Shown in pieces: positions 11,601-21,180 of a DNA stretch of 56,297 nt. How positions within the stretch are numbered: position 1 is the first letter of the stretch; every line of letters begins with the position of its first letter. Origin of the DNA: Bacteroidaceae bacterium (GTDB lineage: Bacteria > Bacteroidota > Bacteroidia > Bacteroidales > Bacteroidaceae); assembly GCA_045647345.1 (NCBI GenBank), contig JAZRMG010000181.1, positions 1 through 56,297 on the forward strand, given 5' to 3'. The position numbers and the translations under genes were made by a program. Below the pieces are notes generated by a model that worked only from the letters and a program-made list of their open reading frames with translations, had not been told where the DNA came from and did not search any database.

Positions 11601-12044
11601 TGGTCACTGCGTACCAACTTCAACTATCGTTACGATGTGGATGCCATCAACTACGCTCGTATGAATGTGGAGAATATGGCTTCAAATAACAACCAGAGCA
11701 TTGCGGTGAACCACCGCTGGCGCAAGGAGGGTGACCGCACTGATATTCCCCGCGCACTCAACAACTATGGTTACAACTGGCTCGGTAGTGACCGCTACGT
11801 TGAGGATGCTTCATTCCTCCGTCTTTCTTACCTCCAGCTTTCATATAGCGTAGATCCGCAGAAGTTGAAAAAGTATGGCTTGAATTCTTTGCGCTTCAAC
11901 GGCTCTATGAACAACCTCGCAGTATGGAGCAAGTACACAGGTCTTGATCCTGAGGTGGGTTATGGTAGCTGGGGACGTGCAGAGGACCATGCCAAGACTC
12001 CGCGTTCACGCTCATACACATTGGCAGTAACTGTAGGCTTCTAA
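8694..12044 (+). CDS. SusC/RagA-family TonB-dependent outer-membrane transporter (copy 1)
   Basis: 1116 aa. It has a signal peptide and a carboxypeptidase-regulatory-like N-terminal domain (ISGQISD...DFDGNFVM). A TonB-box-like IEEVVIEA is present, along with the plug motif LQGQIAGLDI...MRLRGVSSINSNAEPLIVVNDI. The C-terminus ends in an aromatic residue (TVGF). Confidence 0.9.
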   Translation: MKAFKYLVLSIFSLVAVQVSAQTRISGQISDVMGPLMMVNVVEIDKDNRIVEHTTTDFDGNFVMLVKNTKNKLKISYVGFKDEVLEIGDRTVFNITMKDDNQIEEVVIEARPRTNTGGLNILEREVSVAKQTFKMSDVEGLSFTSVDEALQGQIAGLDIVFGSGDLGAGSTMRLRGVSSINSNAEPLIVVNDIIFEMPQGEEFDFSSANEEKFAALLTINPEDIESIDVLKDASASAIYGSRGSNGVIIIKTKRGSRGKTNVNYSYKLQDSWLPKGLNLLDGDDYSMFLKEAYFNPRQDNAISNVDELNYNQNFSEYANYNNNTDWVSAISKHGLKHQHDLSLSGGGERATFRISGSYQHETGSVIKQRLDRFTTRMALDYYVSDRIRVSSDFSLTYTDNDQNYTGLLNSAQLIMPNMSIYAQERMPDGTEVNTADYYLMLQEDQSVGGANKIFDDNQKNIINPVAMGNLAWKNSKSYSIAPQLSIDYNLLGINADEHQLKYHGLVRMNAGTNSYGEFLPGSLSTKAWNASDKNVSSISDDKRLEFFTRHQLTYTPYLGDSGHWLTMMARFEMTKGSSSNQSAASYGIPTGIESPTTGSQLSSSRTSTGQWRSVGLLTTATYSYKEGRYSATATFRRDGSTKFGAKRRWGNFGSISGRWNIIDEPWMDWAKENLKLSMLSVRPGWGITGNQPGSEYLHYTKYASYGAYLGVPAVSQEGLRLTDLKWERKTEYNIGSDISFFQNEILKFGFNYYNNLTSDQLMGGYAIPSSNGFSTLAYRNTGSVRNKGWELNINGDKFIKIGKFSMNAYFNIGQNFNTVVEMEESVLNSANGEFNYENGSYMGRIQIDNPLGSIYGFKTKGQGKGNKVYRYSYKNYDKAVIDAANEGLNVEDLCPVAVDKNGDVIIGANGKPLPMIYNYGGKNYYFKGGDIIYEDINGDGNINNLDLVYLGNSNPKAQGGFGLTFNYARWSLRTNFNYRYDVDAINYARMNVENMASNNNQSIAVNHRWRKEGDRTDIPRALNNYGYNWLGSDRYVEDASFLRLSYLQLSYSVDPQKLKKYGLNSLRFNGSMNNLAVWSKYTGLDPEVGYGSWGRAEDHAKTPRSRSYTLAVTVGF

Positions 12045-12063
12045 CTTGAAAACAATACATCCT

Positions 12064-13917
12064 ATGAAAAGATATAACAAACAATTATCTCGCTTTTTAC
12101 ATGCTGTAAAAGTATTTGTAGGTGGTGCTGCTATCGCATTGTTTGCCTCATCATGCGATGACTTCCTGACCATCTATCCTACCGATAAGGTAATATTGGA
12201 GAATTATTGGAAGGAGAAAGCCGACGTGGAGGGTATGGTAGCCAACTGCTATCGCTCGATGATACAGCTCGGTTTCATGGAACGATTCCTTGTTTGGGGC
12301 GAGGTGCGCTCTGACAATGTCATGGAGGGTAGTAACAACAATCTGAGCGGTTCGCTCAAGGATGTGAACGAGATTAACCTTCTTCCCACCAACGGCTATT
12401 GCTCATGGGGCGATTTCTATAAGGTTATCAATAATTGTAACATCGTGATGGAGTATGCTCCCCAAGTAGCAGAGCTCGATCCTGACTACACGTCTGGTGA
12501 CTTGAGAGCACATACTGGACAGATGCTTGCCATGCGTTCGCTTTGTCACTTCTATTTGGTGCGTACTTTCCGCGATATCCCCTTGCTGCGCACTGCTATG
12601 ATTGATGACAGCCAGAACCTCTATCAGGAGCAGGTTGGGGCGCTCGAAGCGTTGGACAGCATCATCGTTGACCTTGAAGATGCTTACGACATGGTGATGA
12701 ACTCAGGTGGATATGCTACTCCGGCACAAAACAAGGGCTGGTTTACTAAGGATGCAGTGGCTGCTATTTTGACCGATGCATACTTGTGGAGAGCCTCTTT
12801 CACCGAACACTATAAGAGTGGTGATGCCAAGGTTTATTACACGCAGGCTATTGCGTGGGCCGATAGAGTGATTGATGCACGTCGCAACTATATCAAGCAG
12901 TATGCGACTACCTCTAACGGGGCAGCATATAAGGAATTGGCAACGTTGGATTATCCTTTGGTAAAGAGCTATAAAGAGGGCTTGAAGACTGTTGGTGATT
13001 TGGCCTATGAAGAGATATTCGGCGTAGGCATGAACAGCATAGCCGAGAGTATTCTTGAACTTCAGTTGTCTGGCGACGTAGAGCATCAGAACTATCTGAT
13101 TACAGCTTTCTATGGCCGTGAGAAGGGTGAGGGCGCTCCCTTTGTGGCAGGTCGAAACTTGCTTGATAAGTATGCACTCACTGACTATCGTCGCGAGAGT
13201 TTCCTGCTCCCCGCAGCTGAACCGGATGAGCCTACCAAAATTCTCAAGTATACGGCAGAGCGTCATGGCGGAATCTTCACTGCAGATGGAACTGATCCAT
13301 TCAGTCCGATTTATCGTACTACTCATCAGCAAAGTGATGATAAGAAGGCTAATCATAACAAGTATTATGTAAGCAGTACCAACTGGATTCTCTATCGCCT
13401 ATCTGACGTTATGTTGATGAAGGCCGAGGCATTGGCTTACAGAGCCAACAGCGGTGACTTGGATAAGGCATTCGAGTTGGTTGAGGCCGTTTATTATCGC
13501 TCTAACAACAAGAAATACATGGAGGATAATGACAAAAAGAATCTTCTTTTGGCTAAGCCAGGTAATGCGGCAGGTATGCGCACCTTGGTTCTTGATGAGC
13601 GTCAGCGCGAATTGGCCTTCGAGGGCAAGCGTTGGTACGACCTTGTGCGTCTGGCACTACGTGCGACCAAGGAGATTGTAGACCCTGAAGACGAGACACA
13701 GAAGCTGACTGTAGCTGACATCGCTACTACTGTCGATATTATTGTAAAGGGCAAGTTTATCGCTAACCAGAAATCCTATGCTAATAAGATGCCGTCAATC
13801 GATAATTTCTTCTTCCCCATCTCGGAGAGAGATTTGAATACGTATGGCGGTGAGCATGAGGGTAAACTGAAGCAGAACCCCGCTTATGAAACCGAATCAA
13901 CAATCGAAAAAAATTAA
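12064..13917 (+). CDS. SusD/RagB-family nutrient-binding lipoprotein (copy 1)
   Basis: The track ORF begins at a TTG (12046). The first ATG is at 12064 (MKRYNKQ...). It has a lipobox (FASSCDDFL), is TPR-like and helix-rich, and ends with a typical SusD tail (RWYDLVRL, FFFPISERDLN). It follows SusC immediately. Confidence 0.85.
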   Translation: MKRYNKQLSRFLHAVKVFVGGAAIALFASSCDDFLTIYPTDKVILENYWKEKADVEGMVANCYRSMIQLGFMERFLVWGEVRSDNVMEGSNNNLSGSLKDVNEINLLPTNGYCSWGDFYKVINNCNIVMEYAPQVAELDPDYTSGDLRAHTGQMLAMRSLCHFYLVRTFRDIPLLRTAMIDDSQNLYQEQVGALEALDSIIVDLEDAYDMVMNSGGYATPAQNKGWFTKDAVAAILTDAYLWRASFTEHYKSGDAKVYYTQAIAWADRVIDARRNYIKQYATTSNGAAYKELATLDYPLVKSYKEGLKTVGDLAYEEIFGVGMNSIAESILELQLSGDVEHQNYLITAFYGREKGEGAPFVAGRNLLDKYALTDYRRESFLLPAAEPDEPTKILKYTAERHGGIFTADGTDPFSPIYRTTHQQSDDKKANHNKYYVSSTNWILYRLSDVMLMKAEALAYRANSGDLDKAFELVEAVYYRSNNKKYMEDNDKKNLLLAKPGNAAGMRTLVLDERQRELAFEGKRWYDLVRLALRATKEIVDPEDETQKLTVADIATTVDIIVKGKFIANQKSYANKMPSIDNFFFPISERDLNTYGGEHEGKLKQNPAYETESTIEKN

Positions 13918-13924
13918 ATAAGAT

Positions 13925-16153
13925 ATGAGTACCAAAAAGACATTATTCAAACAGGCTGCCCTTGTGGCGACGGCACTGATGACGATGGGTGTACTCAACA
14001 GTTGTGTCGATGAGATAACTGATGAGAGCCGCTACACCTTCAAGGGAAACACCGTGGCCAGCTATCTGGAACAGTATCCCGATACCTACAGCAGTTTTGT
14101 ATACATCTTGAAGAAGGGTGACCGTTATAATTTGATGGAGGCATATGGTAGTTATACCTGTTTTGCACCCACCAACGATGCGGTGGCACAATACATCACT
14201 GAACAGTATGAAATCTATAAGAATCCGCCAGTGGATAAGAATGGAGTGCAGCGCGACACGATTTATACCGGTGTGTACTCTCCAAACTTGGAGGATCTTT
14301 CGGCAGAGAAGTGTAAGGAGATTGCGCAGACACATATCTTGCCTGTAAAGTACAAGACCAACGAAATCACAGGCGTTATCCCCACCATGAACCTCAACGA
14401 CCGTTTTGTGAGTTATGAGGTGGCCGAGGGTGCCAAGAAGATGGTCAACGGATATGCTGAAATTCAAGATCCCGACCAGGAGGTGGAGAATGGTGTGGTA
14501 CATGGCGGCTTGACCCGCGTGTTGCACCTCTCAACCAATACTGCTCCTGTTCAGCTCGAAGAACATGATTTCTTCAGCCTCTTCACTGCTGCACTGAAAG
14601 AGACGGGTATCGATGAGTATTTGCACGATATTGAAGACCCCGATTACATTTGTGACTATACAGAAGGTGAAAAGTATCAAGATAATGCAGCTACTACTGC
14701 ACGTCCGCTGAAGCGTCAGTATGGCTATTCTATCTTTGCTGAGACCGACTCGGTATTCGAAGCCAATGGCATACGTACCTTGGATGACTTGAAGGAGCGT
14801 TGCTTGAAGTGGTATCCCAATGCGAAGGATGAAGCGGAAGCACTCTACTACTTCGTTTCGTACCATATCATCAATCAGAATGTGATGTATGAAGAGCTTT
14901 GCTTCGTTGATCTCGTGAAGGGTGATTTCCGTTCTGATGCCAAGAATGGTTATGATACCAAGGAGAACACAAGTAATGCCGTTTCTCTCTCTGACCGCGT
15001 AGAGTACTATGAAACCTGGACTTCATACGAGGAGGGTAAGCCCAATGTAGCTCGTCTGCTCAAGGTGACCGTGCCGCGTAAGGATGGTAAGGATGTGACT
15101 GAGCGTGTCGTAAACTTTACTTCACGTGCTCGTGGAAAGGGTAGTGCGGTGAATCACATTCAAGTGGGTGATGTGGATATGGGTAACCACGTGGATGTGC
15201 ATGTGTACTCGGCAGAAGAGATGCAGGCTATGTATGGTGCCGATGCGTTTGATTCTGAAGCTAAGAACGGACGTATCCACCCCATCAGTAAGATTTTGGT
15301 TTACAATGAGGATGAGATGAAGACTAATATCTTCTACGATATCATGCGATTTGACTTTGCCGCATTGGCTCCTGAGTTGCGTAATAGCAACATCCGTTGG
15401 GCTAAGGCTAATGAAGCTGGTACACCGATTTATAACAGTAAGATTGCATTCGATTTGGTGGATAGAACCATGAATTTCTTCGAAAAATCACGTCATGTCA
15501 AGATCAACAATAAGGAGACCATGCTTTTCTATCTCTGTCCTAATCCTCAATATTGGCAAGATTTCCAGGGTGATGAGATGATTGCAACAGGATCTTATGA
15601 CCTCTCTTATAAGATACCTCCTCTTCCCTCGGGAACCTATGAAATTCGTGTGGGCTATAATGCGAACAACTTGCGTGGTATCGTACAGTTCTATATCAAT
15701 GACCAGGTGTCAGGTATTCCTCAAGACTTGCGTATCTATCCCAGCAATTATGGCTGGCAGAGCGATATCGAAGCTGAATTGAGAACCGACAAGGGATTGG
15801 GCATTGATGGCAAAGAATATGCCGGTATTATCAACGACAAGAACTTGAAGAACAATGGATACCTCAAAGGTCCTAATACCTCGAGAGCGAATAACTGTAT
15901 CACTGAGGGACAGTTGAGCGGCTCTTCTTTCTCTGGAACACAAGGTTTTGGTATTATGCGTAATACGGTAGGTTCTGTTCGCAAGGTGGTTGCTACCATA
16001 CAACTCAATTCGGATCAGGAAAACTGGCTCCGTATGAAGAACATGATGAAGAATGCATCGAGCGTGACACAGGGTATGCATGACTACCTGGAGATTGTTC
16101 CTTTGGAGTATGTCAACGACGAGAATATTCCTTTGGATGAGAAACGTAAATAA
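13925..16153 (+). CDS. Fasciclin (FAS1) domain-containing surface lipoprotein
   Basis: 742 aa with a lipobox (VLNSC) and the FAS1 motif YTCFAPTNDAVAQY. The C-terminal part looks like a beta-sandwich (IRVGYNANNLRGIVQFYINDQ ... MHDYLEIVPLEYV). Confidence 0.75.
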   Translation: MSTKKTLFKQAALVATALMTMGVLNSCVDEITDESRYTFKGNTVASYLEQYPDTYSSFVYILKKGDRYNLMEAYGSYTCFAPTNDAVAQYITEQYEIYKNPPVDKNGVQRDTIYTGVYSPNLEDLSAEKCKEIAQTHILPVKYKTNEITGVIPTMNLNDRFVSYEVAEGAKKMVNGYAEIQDPDQEVENGVVHGGLTRVLHLSTNTAPVQLEEHDFFSLFTAALKETGIDEYLHDIEDPDYICDYTEGEKYQDNAATTARPLKRQYGYSIFAETDSVFEANGIRTLDDLKERCLKWYPNAKDEAEALYYFVSYHIINQNVMYEELCFVDLVKGDFRSDAKNGYDTKENTSNAVSLSDRVEYYETWTSYEEGKPNVARLLKVTVPRKDGKDVTERVVNFTSRARGKGSAVNHIQVGDVDMGNHVDVHVYSAEEMQAMYGADAFDSEAKNGRIHPISKILVYNEDEMKTNIFYDIMRFDFAALAPELRNSNIRWAKANEAGTPIYNSKIAFDLVDRTMNFFEKSRHVKINNKETMLFYLCPNPQYWQDFQGDEMIATGSYDLSYKIPPLPSGTYEIRVGYNANNLRGIVQFYINDQVSGIPQDLRIYPSNYGWQSDIEAELRTDKGLGIDGKEYAGIINDKNLKNNGYLKGPNTSRANNCITEGQLSGSSFSGTQGFGIMRNTVGSVRKVVATIQLNSDQENWLRMKNMMKNASSVTQGMHDYLEIVPLEYVNDENIPLDEKRK

Positions 16154-16184
16154 TATGGTTTAACGAAAAGTGATACGATATAGT

Positions 16185-17891
16185 ATGAAACATAGATATG
16201 GTATACAGAAAGTATTGGGTTGCGGTATGGCACTGTTGATGGCTACCGCATGTACCGATACGTGGAACGACCACTATTCTGTAAACAACGATATGGTGAG
16301 CAACCAGAACAGCGACAAGACATTGTGGGATGTGATTGAAGGCAATGCCGAATTGGAACAGTTTGCCTCACTGCTTGAGAAGGTTGGATTCGACACCCTC
16401 TTGCAAAAGGACCGCACCTATACTGTATGGGCACCCGTAGGGCAGTTTGACTACACGGAGACCGACCTTGAATTGCTGAAGAAAGAGTTCGTACAGAACC
16501 ACATTGCCGATTTCCGTCATGTGGCTGCAGGTACATTGAAAAATGACAACACCGTGAAGATGCTCAATGGCAAAAGCCTTAGCTTCACCGGCTCTACAGG
16601 AGCTTACACATTCAATCGTGTAGGTGTGGTCGGTCAGCCGGAATATGCCAAGAATGGTGTGCTTTACTACATCGGTGGTAATGGTAGCTATTCGGCGTTC
16701 TTGCCCAATATTTGGGAATATTTTGACAAAAATCCGCAGATAGCCAAGTTTAACAGCTATTTGAAGGAGTTTACTGACAGTACGGTTAACCACACTGCCA
16801 GTGAGGCGGGTGGTAGCAGTATCAATGACCTCGGACAGGTGGAGTATGTAGACACCGTATGGAACGTATCGAACCAATGGTGGAATATGGTAGGCCCTCT
16901 TCATAATGAGGACTCGGCATATATCGTGATTGCTCCTACCGATGCAGCTTGGGATAAGATGTATGAAAAGGTGACTCCTTATCTCCGTCAAGACCCGATG
17001 CAATTGGCTATAGAAACTACCGATGACCCCGATTCGTTGTTGGATTTGAAGGTTAAGGAGTATATGTGTCGCCACTTGGTATTCAGCAAAAAGGTGAATC
17101 CTGATGCTGAAAAGTACGACTCATTGGTATCAAACTACCAGAACTATTTTGATCCCGTAGTATTCCGTGGTGCAGAGTATGAGGCGTTGTTTGCCAATCA
17201 GGTGGGTGCACCTGTAGAGTTGAGTAATGGTACAGTGCATATTGTAGACCAGCTCAACTACTTGCCCACGACCACCTTCCTTGATACCATCAAGGTGGAG
17301 GGTGAGAATACCAACCTGTGTATGCAGTTCCGAGACCAGGAAGCGGGAGGTAATACTATGATACTTTATGCTGCACAGACTGTAAAAAGAGATAGTGCCT
17401 ACTATTCTTCTATGTCTAATGGGGCTTATATGTTGGCCGAGCAGATTAAGCCGAGTACTGTAGCGTTGACCTATACATTGCCTAATGCCTATGCTGCTAA
17501 GTATAGAGTAAAGGTAGTAATGGTGCCTGCAACTATCCAAAACTGGCAAAACAAGGGCTACAAACCCGCTCCTATCACTATGAAGTTTGCAAGTCCTAAT
17601 GGTAAGGGTGGTGTTGTAGAGATTAGTTCTAAGGAGTACAAGTATACAGACTACAAGTATAACGATCCTGAATTGGGCTATGATGCTCAAAGATTGGATA
17701 CCATTACTTTTGTTGATAAAGATGGTAATGATTTTGTTGTACTCCCTTATTCAGAATATGGCTTGAATGTGGATAACTGCAAGACTACATTGACCATTAC
17801 GGCAACTCAAGGACGTAATGACAAGAATATTGATCCGGCTAAGGACCGTACCTTGCGTATCGACTGCATCATCATGGAGCCGATGGAATAA
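16185..17891 (+). CDS. Fasciclin (FAS1) domain-containing surface lipoprotein
   Basis: The track ORF starts at GTG 16170. The first ATG is at 16185 (MKHRYGIQ). It has a lipobox (LMATAC) and FAS1 motifs (YTVWAPVGQF, VIAPTDAAWDKM). The C-terminal region is beta-rich and ends LRIDCIIMEPME. Confidence 0.75.
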   Translation: MKHRYGIQKVLGCGMALLMATACTDTWNDHYSVNNDMVSNQNSDKTLWDVIEGNAELEQFASLLEKVGFDTLLQKDRTYTVWAPVGQFDYTETDLELLKKEFVQNHIADFRHVAAGTLKNDNTVKMLNGKSLSFTGSTGAYTFNRVGVVGQPEYAKNGVLYYIGGNGSYSAFLPNIWEYFDKNPQIAKFNSYLKEFTDSTVNHTASEAGGSSINDLGQVEYVDTVWNVSNQWWNMVGPLHNEDSAYIVIAPTDAAWDKMYEKVTPYLRQDPMQLAIETTDDPDSLLDLKVKEYMCRHLVFSKKVNPDAEKYDSLVSNYQNYFDPVVFRGAEYEALFANQVGAPVELSNGTVHIVDQLNYLPTTTFLDTIKVEGENTNLCMQFRDQEAGGNTMILYAAQTVKRDSAYYSSMSNGAYMLAEQIKPSTVALTYTLPNAYAAKYRVKVVMVPATIQNWQNKGYKPAPITMKFASPNGKGGVVEISSKEYKYTDYKYNDPELGYDAQRLDTITFVDKDGNDFVVLPYSEYGLNVDNCKTTLTITATQGRNDKNIDPAKDRTLRIDCIIMEPME

Positions 17892-17916
17892 ATTCTTTTG
17901 TAACTATTAAAGAGTA

Positions 17917-20900
17917 ATGACAATGAAAAGCAAAATATATAATTCACTGCGTTTGACCACCGTTGTTGCAGGCATTGTGCTGGGTGCGGGGCAAATGGTT
18001 GCTCAAGAAAATGGCAACGTACAGGAAAATAAGGTAGAAGCTGCCGAACAATTGACCGAAGTAAGCGGTATCGTATACGATGCGGCTACTAAGGAGGTAT
18101 TGCCCGGTGTGCGCGTTGAGGCTTTGGGTGACAATAAGTATACGGCCATGACCAAGCCCGATGGTAAGTTTGTTATCAAACTGCCTGCTCATGTGGCTTC
18201 GCTCTATGTATCTACACCCGGATATGAGGGATTGATTGTGAAAGCTGATGCTACTCAGTCTATGGTGATATATATGTATGATGAGGCGTTCAGCACCTTC
18301 GTAGAGAACAAGTTTGATGTCACAGGTAAGAGTGAAGCTCTTATCGGAGTGACCAAGGCACAGTCAATGGAAACTGAAATACAGAATCAGTTGGGTGCTG
18401 ACGTAAGAACAATTACACGCTCTGGTACTATCGGACTCGGTGGTATCATGATGATGCAAGGTATCAACTCGCTGAATACCTCAGCACAGCCGCTCATCGT
18501 ATTGGACGGTATCGTGCAGGATCTTCAAGACAGCTATACTACATTGCACGACGGTTACTATAACAATGTATTGGCAGGTATTGACGTGAACGACATCGAG
18601 AAGATTACCGTATTGAAGAATGCTACAGCACTCTATGGCGCAAAGGGTGGTAATGGTGTCATTCTCGTTGATACCAAGCGTGGACATAGCCAGGCTACAC
18701 GTATTGACGCCTCGGCTTACGCTTCTTATACAATGGCTCCGAAATTGCCTGATATGATGAACGCAAGTCAGTTCCGTCTCTATGCTAACGAGCTGATTGG
18801 CGGTGTGAAGAATCTGAATTCAACCAATTTCCCCTTCTTGAATGACGACCAGAGCAAGTCGTACTATGCCATGTATCACAATGAGACAGATTGGTCTGAC
18901 TATGTTTATCGCAATGCGATGATGCAGAACTATCATGTCAATGTACAGGGTGGTGACGAGCGTGCTATGTATAACTTCTCTGTCGGATTTGCAGATGGTG
19001 ACAATACAATCAAGCACAATGACTACAATCGTTTGAATATCCGATTCAATACCGATATCGTGTTGGCCGATTTCTTGGATACTCGTTTTGATATTTCGTA
19101 CAGCCGTATTAACCGTGACTTACGTAATGATGGTATTCAGCAGGATTTGACAAGTGGCCCTATTGCTTCGCCCGGATTCTTGGCTTTGATCAAGTCACCT
19201 TTCTTGAGTCCATATCGTTTCACCTCTAAGGGACAGATTACCCAGGCTTTGGATGGTGCTGACACATTTGCCAATGTGGACTATAGCACTATCAACAATA
19301 GCTTGGCTAATCCGCTGACCATCTTTGAGCATGGCGATGGCGAAAACAAGAACGTGCAAGAGTATACCGTATTTGACGTGACAGTAGCCCCTGAGGCTCG
19401 TTTGGGCAAGGGACTCACAGCCACCACACTCTTCAACTACCGTCTGCATCGTACTAATGAGAAGTATTTCCGTCCCATGACAGGTTCGCCCGCCTTCTCA
19501 ATTCCTAATTTGGGCGTTTCGAGAAATGAGGTGGCTTCGTTCTTCTCTAAGGAGACTGCTATCTATAGCGATACACATATCGATTGGGTAAAGAATGTTG
19601 GTAGCCACTATCTCAACGTATTCGGTGGATTCCGCTTCTCTAACTTTGCTTATGATTCAAGTTTCCAGTCTTGTCATAACACCGGTAACGATAAGTTGCC
19701 CGATATCAAGGAGTCATATGACTTTATCGATGAAGGTGGTGAACTCAATGTGGTACGCAATATGGCATGGTATGCCAATGCAGACTATAACTTGGCAAAC
19801 AAGTATTTCTTCCAGGCTAGTCTTACAGCAGAGTCTTCTTCACGCTTTGGTCGTGAGATTGAGGGTGCTCTTAAGTTAGGTGGTGTATGCTGGGGCTTGT
19901 TCCCCTCATTGCAAGCCGGTTGGTTGGTTTCTTCTGAGCCTTTCTTCAATACCAATACCATCAACTACTTGAAGTTGAGAGGTGGTATCGACTGGTCGGG
20001 TAATGACAATATTGTCAGCAACGCCGCTTACACCTATTTTAGCACTGTACAGTATGCAGGTACTGCTATGGGTATCAAGTTGGCTAACATCGAGAACCAA
20101 TCATTGCAGTGGGAGACTACCCGTCGCATGAACCTTGGATTTGATGTGCAGGCATTCAATAACCGTGTTCGCTTGTCTGGTGATGTATATCACAACAATA
20201 CCAACAACTTGCTCACTTTGGATAAGGTGCCCTATTTGACCGGTTTGCAGTATTACTGGTGTAATGGCGGTTCGCTTGTAAACAATGGTGCATCGGTTAA
20301 CCTTACTGTTAGAGCTATCAACAAGAAGGATTGGAAGTGGGAAGTAGGAGCTAGCGCTGGTACTTACAAGAATAAGATTACTAAGTTGCCTACTGGAACC
20401 AATTTCAAGAATGGTAAGGATGAGTTGTACGGATTCACTACAGACATCTATAATGGTACTGTACTCTCTGCAGAAGGTATGGCAGCAGGTGTGTTCTACG
20501 GTTATGCTACAGACGGTGTATACAAGGATGCTGCAGATGCTCTTGTAGATGGTAAGCCCGTTGAAACTTATGACGTGAACACAGGTTTGGTGACTCAGTT
20601 TGAGGCTGGTGATGTGAAGTTTGTTGACCAGGATGGTAATAACTTCATCGATGAGAACGACCGCGTGGTTATTGGTAACCCCAATCCTGCCCTCTTCGGA
20701 AATATCCAGAGCAGTCTGAAGTATAAGAACTTTACCTTGAGCGCAACCTTGAACTACTCGCTCGGTAACGATGTGTACAACTATCAGCGTTCATTGCTCG
20801 AGAGTGGCAGTAACTTCTATAACCAAACCGTTGCTGTTGTCAACCGTTGGAAGGCCGAGGGTGACGTGACCGATATGCCGCGTGCTACATATGGTGACCC

Positions 20901-21174
20901 GAAGGGTAACAATCGTTTCTCTGACCGTTGGATTGAGGATGGTTCATATCTCCGCTTGAAAGACTTGACCCTTTCTTATCAGGTCCCCGTATCTGCATCT
21001 TGGTTGCAAGGTCTCACAGTATGGGCTTCAGGTACAAACTTGTTCACATTGACCAAGTATTTGGGTAGCGATCCCGAGTTCTCGTTCAGCAACAACGTAT
21101 TGTATCAGGGTATCGACAATGGTATGCTCGGTCAAAGCCGTAGCTTCAACGTTGGCGTAAAAGTGAACTTGTAA
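17917..21174 (+). CDS. SusC/RagA-family TonB-dependent outer-membrane transporter (copy 2)
   Basis: 1085 aa with a carboxypeptidase-regulatory-like N-terminal domain (VSGIVYDAATKEVLPGVRVEALG...KPDGKFVIKLP). The plug motif is MMMQGINSLNTSAQPLIVLDGIV, followed by a long beta-barrel. The SusC-type C-terminal block is RWKAEGDVTDMPRA ... YLRLKDLTLSY ... KYLGSDPEF. Confidence 0.9.
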   Translation: MTMKSKIYNSLRLTTVVAGIVLGAGQMVAQENGNVQENKVEAAEQLTEVSGIVYDAATKEVLPGVRVEALGDNKYTAMTKPDGKFVIKLPAHVASLYVSTPGYEGLIVKADATQSMVIYMYDEAFSTFVENKFDVTGKSEALIGVTKAQSMETEIQNQLGADVRTITRSGTIGLGGIMMMQGINSLNTSAQPLIVLDGIVQDLQDSYTTLHDGYYNNVLAGIDVNDIEKITVLKNATALYGAKGGNGVILVDTKRGHSQATRIDASAYASYTMAPKLPDMMNASQFRLYANELIGGVKNLNSTNFPFLNDDQSKSYYAMYHNETDWSDYVYRNAMMQNYHVNVQGGDERAMYNFSVGFADGDNTIKHNDYNRLNIRFNTDIVLADFLDTRFDISYSRINRDLRNDGIQQDLTSGPIASPGFLALIKSPFLSPYRFTSKGQITQALDGADTFANVDYSTINNSLANPLTIFEHGDGENKNVQEYTVFDVTVAPEARLGKGLTATTLFNYRLHRTNEKYFRPMTGSPAFSIPNLGVSRNEVASFFSKETAIYSDTHIDWVKNVGSHYLNVFGGFRFSNFAYDSSFQSCHNTGNDKLPDIKESYDFIDEGGELNVVRNMAWYANADYNLANKYFFQASLTAESSSRFGREIEGALKLGGVCWGLFPSLQAGWLVSSEPFFNTNTINYLKLRGGIDWSGNDNIVSNAAYTYFSTVQYAGTAMGIKLANIENQSLQWETTRRMNLGFDVQAFNNRVRLSGDVYHNNTNNLLTLDKVPYLTGLQYYWCNGGSLVNNGASVNLTVRAINKKDWKWEVGASAGTYKNKITKLPTGTNFKNGKDELYGFTTDIYNGTVLSAEGMAAGVFYGYATDGVYKDAADALVDGKPVETYDVNTGLVTQFEAGDVKFVDQDGNNFIDENDRVVIGNPNPALFGNIQSSLKYKNFTLSATLNYSLGNDVYNYQRSLLESGSNFYNQTVAVVNRWKAEGDVTDMPRATYGDPKGNNRFSDRWIEDGSYLRLKDLTLSYQVPVSASWLQGLTVWASGTNLFTLTKYLGSDPEFSFSNNVLYQGIDNGMLGQSRSFNVGVKVNL

Positions 21175-21180
21175 TGAATT

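Noticed and set aside
17768-17776. Perfect DnaA-box 9-mer TGTGGATAA
   Set aside because: It is a single isolated occurrence inside the FAS1 lipoprotein coding sequence, 8 kb from dnaA. It is most likely chance.
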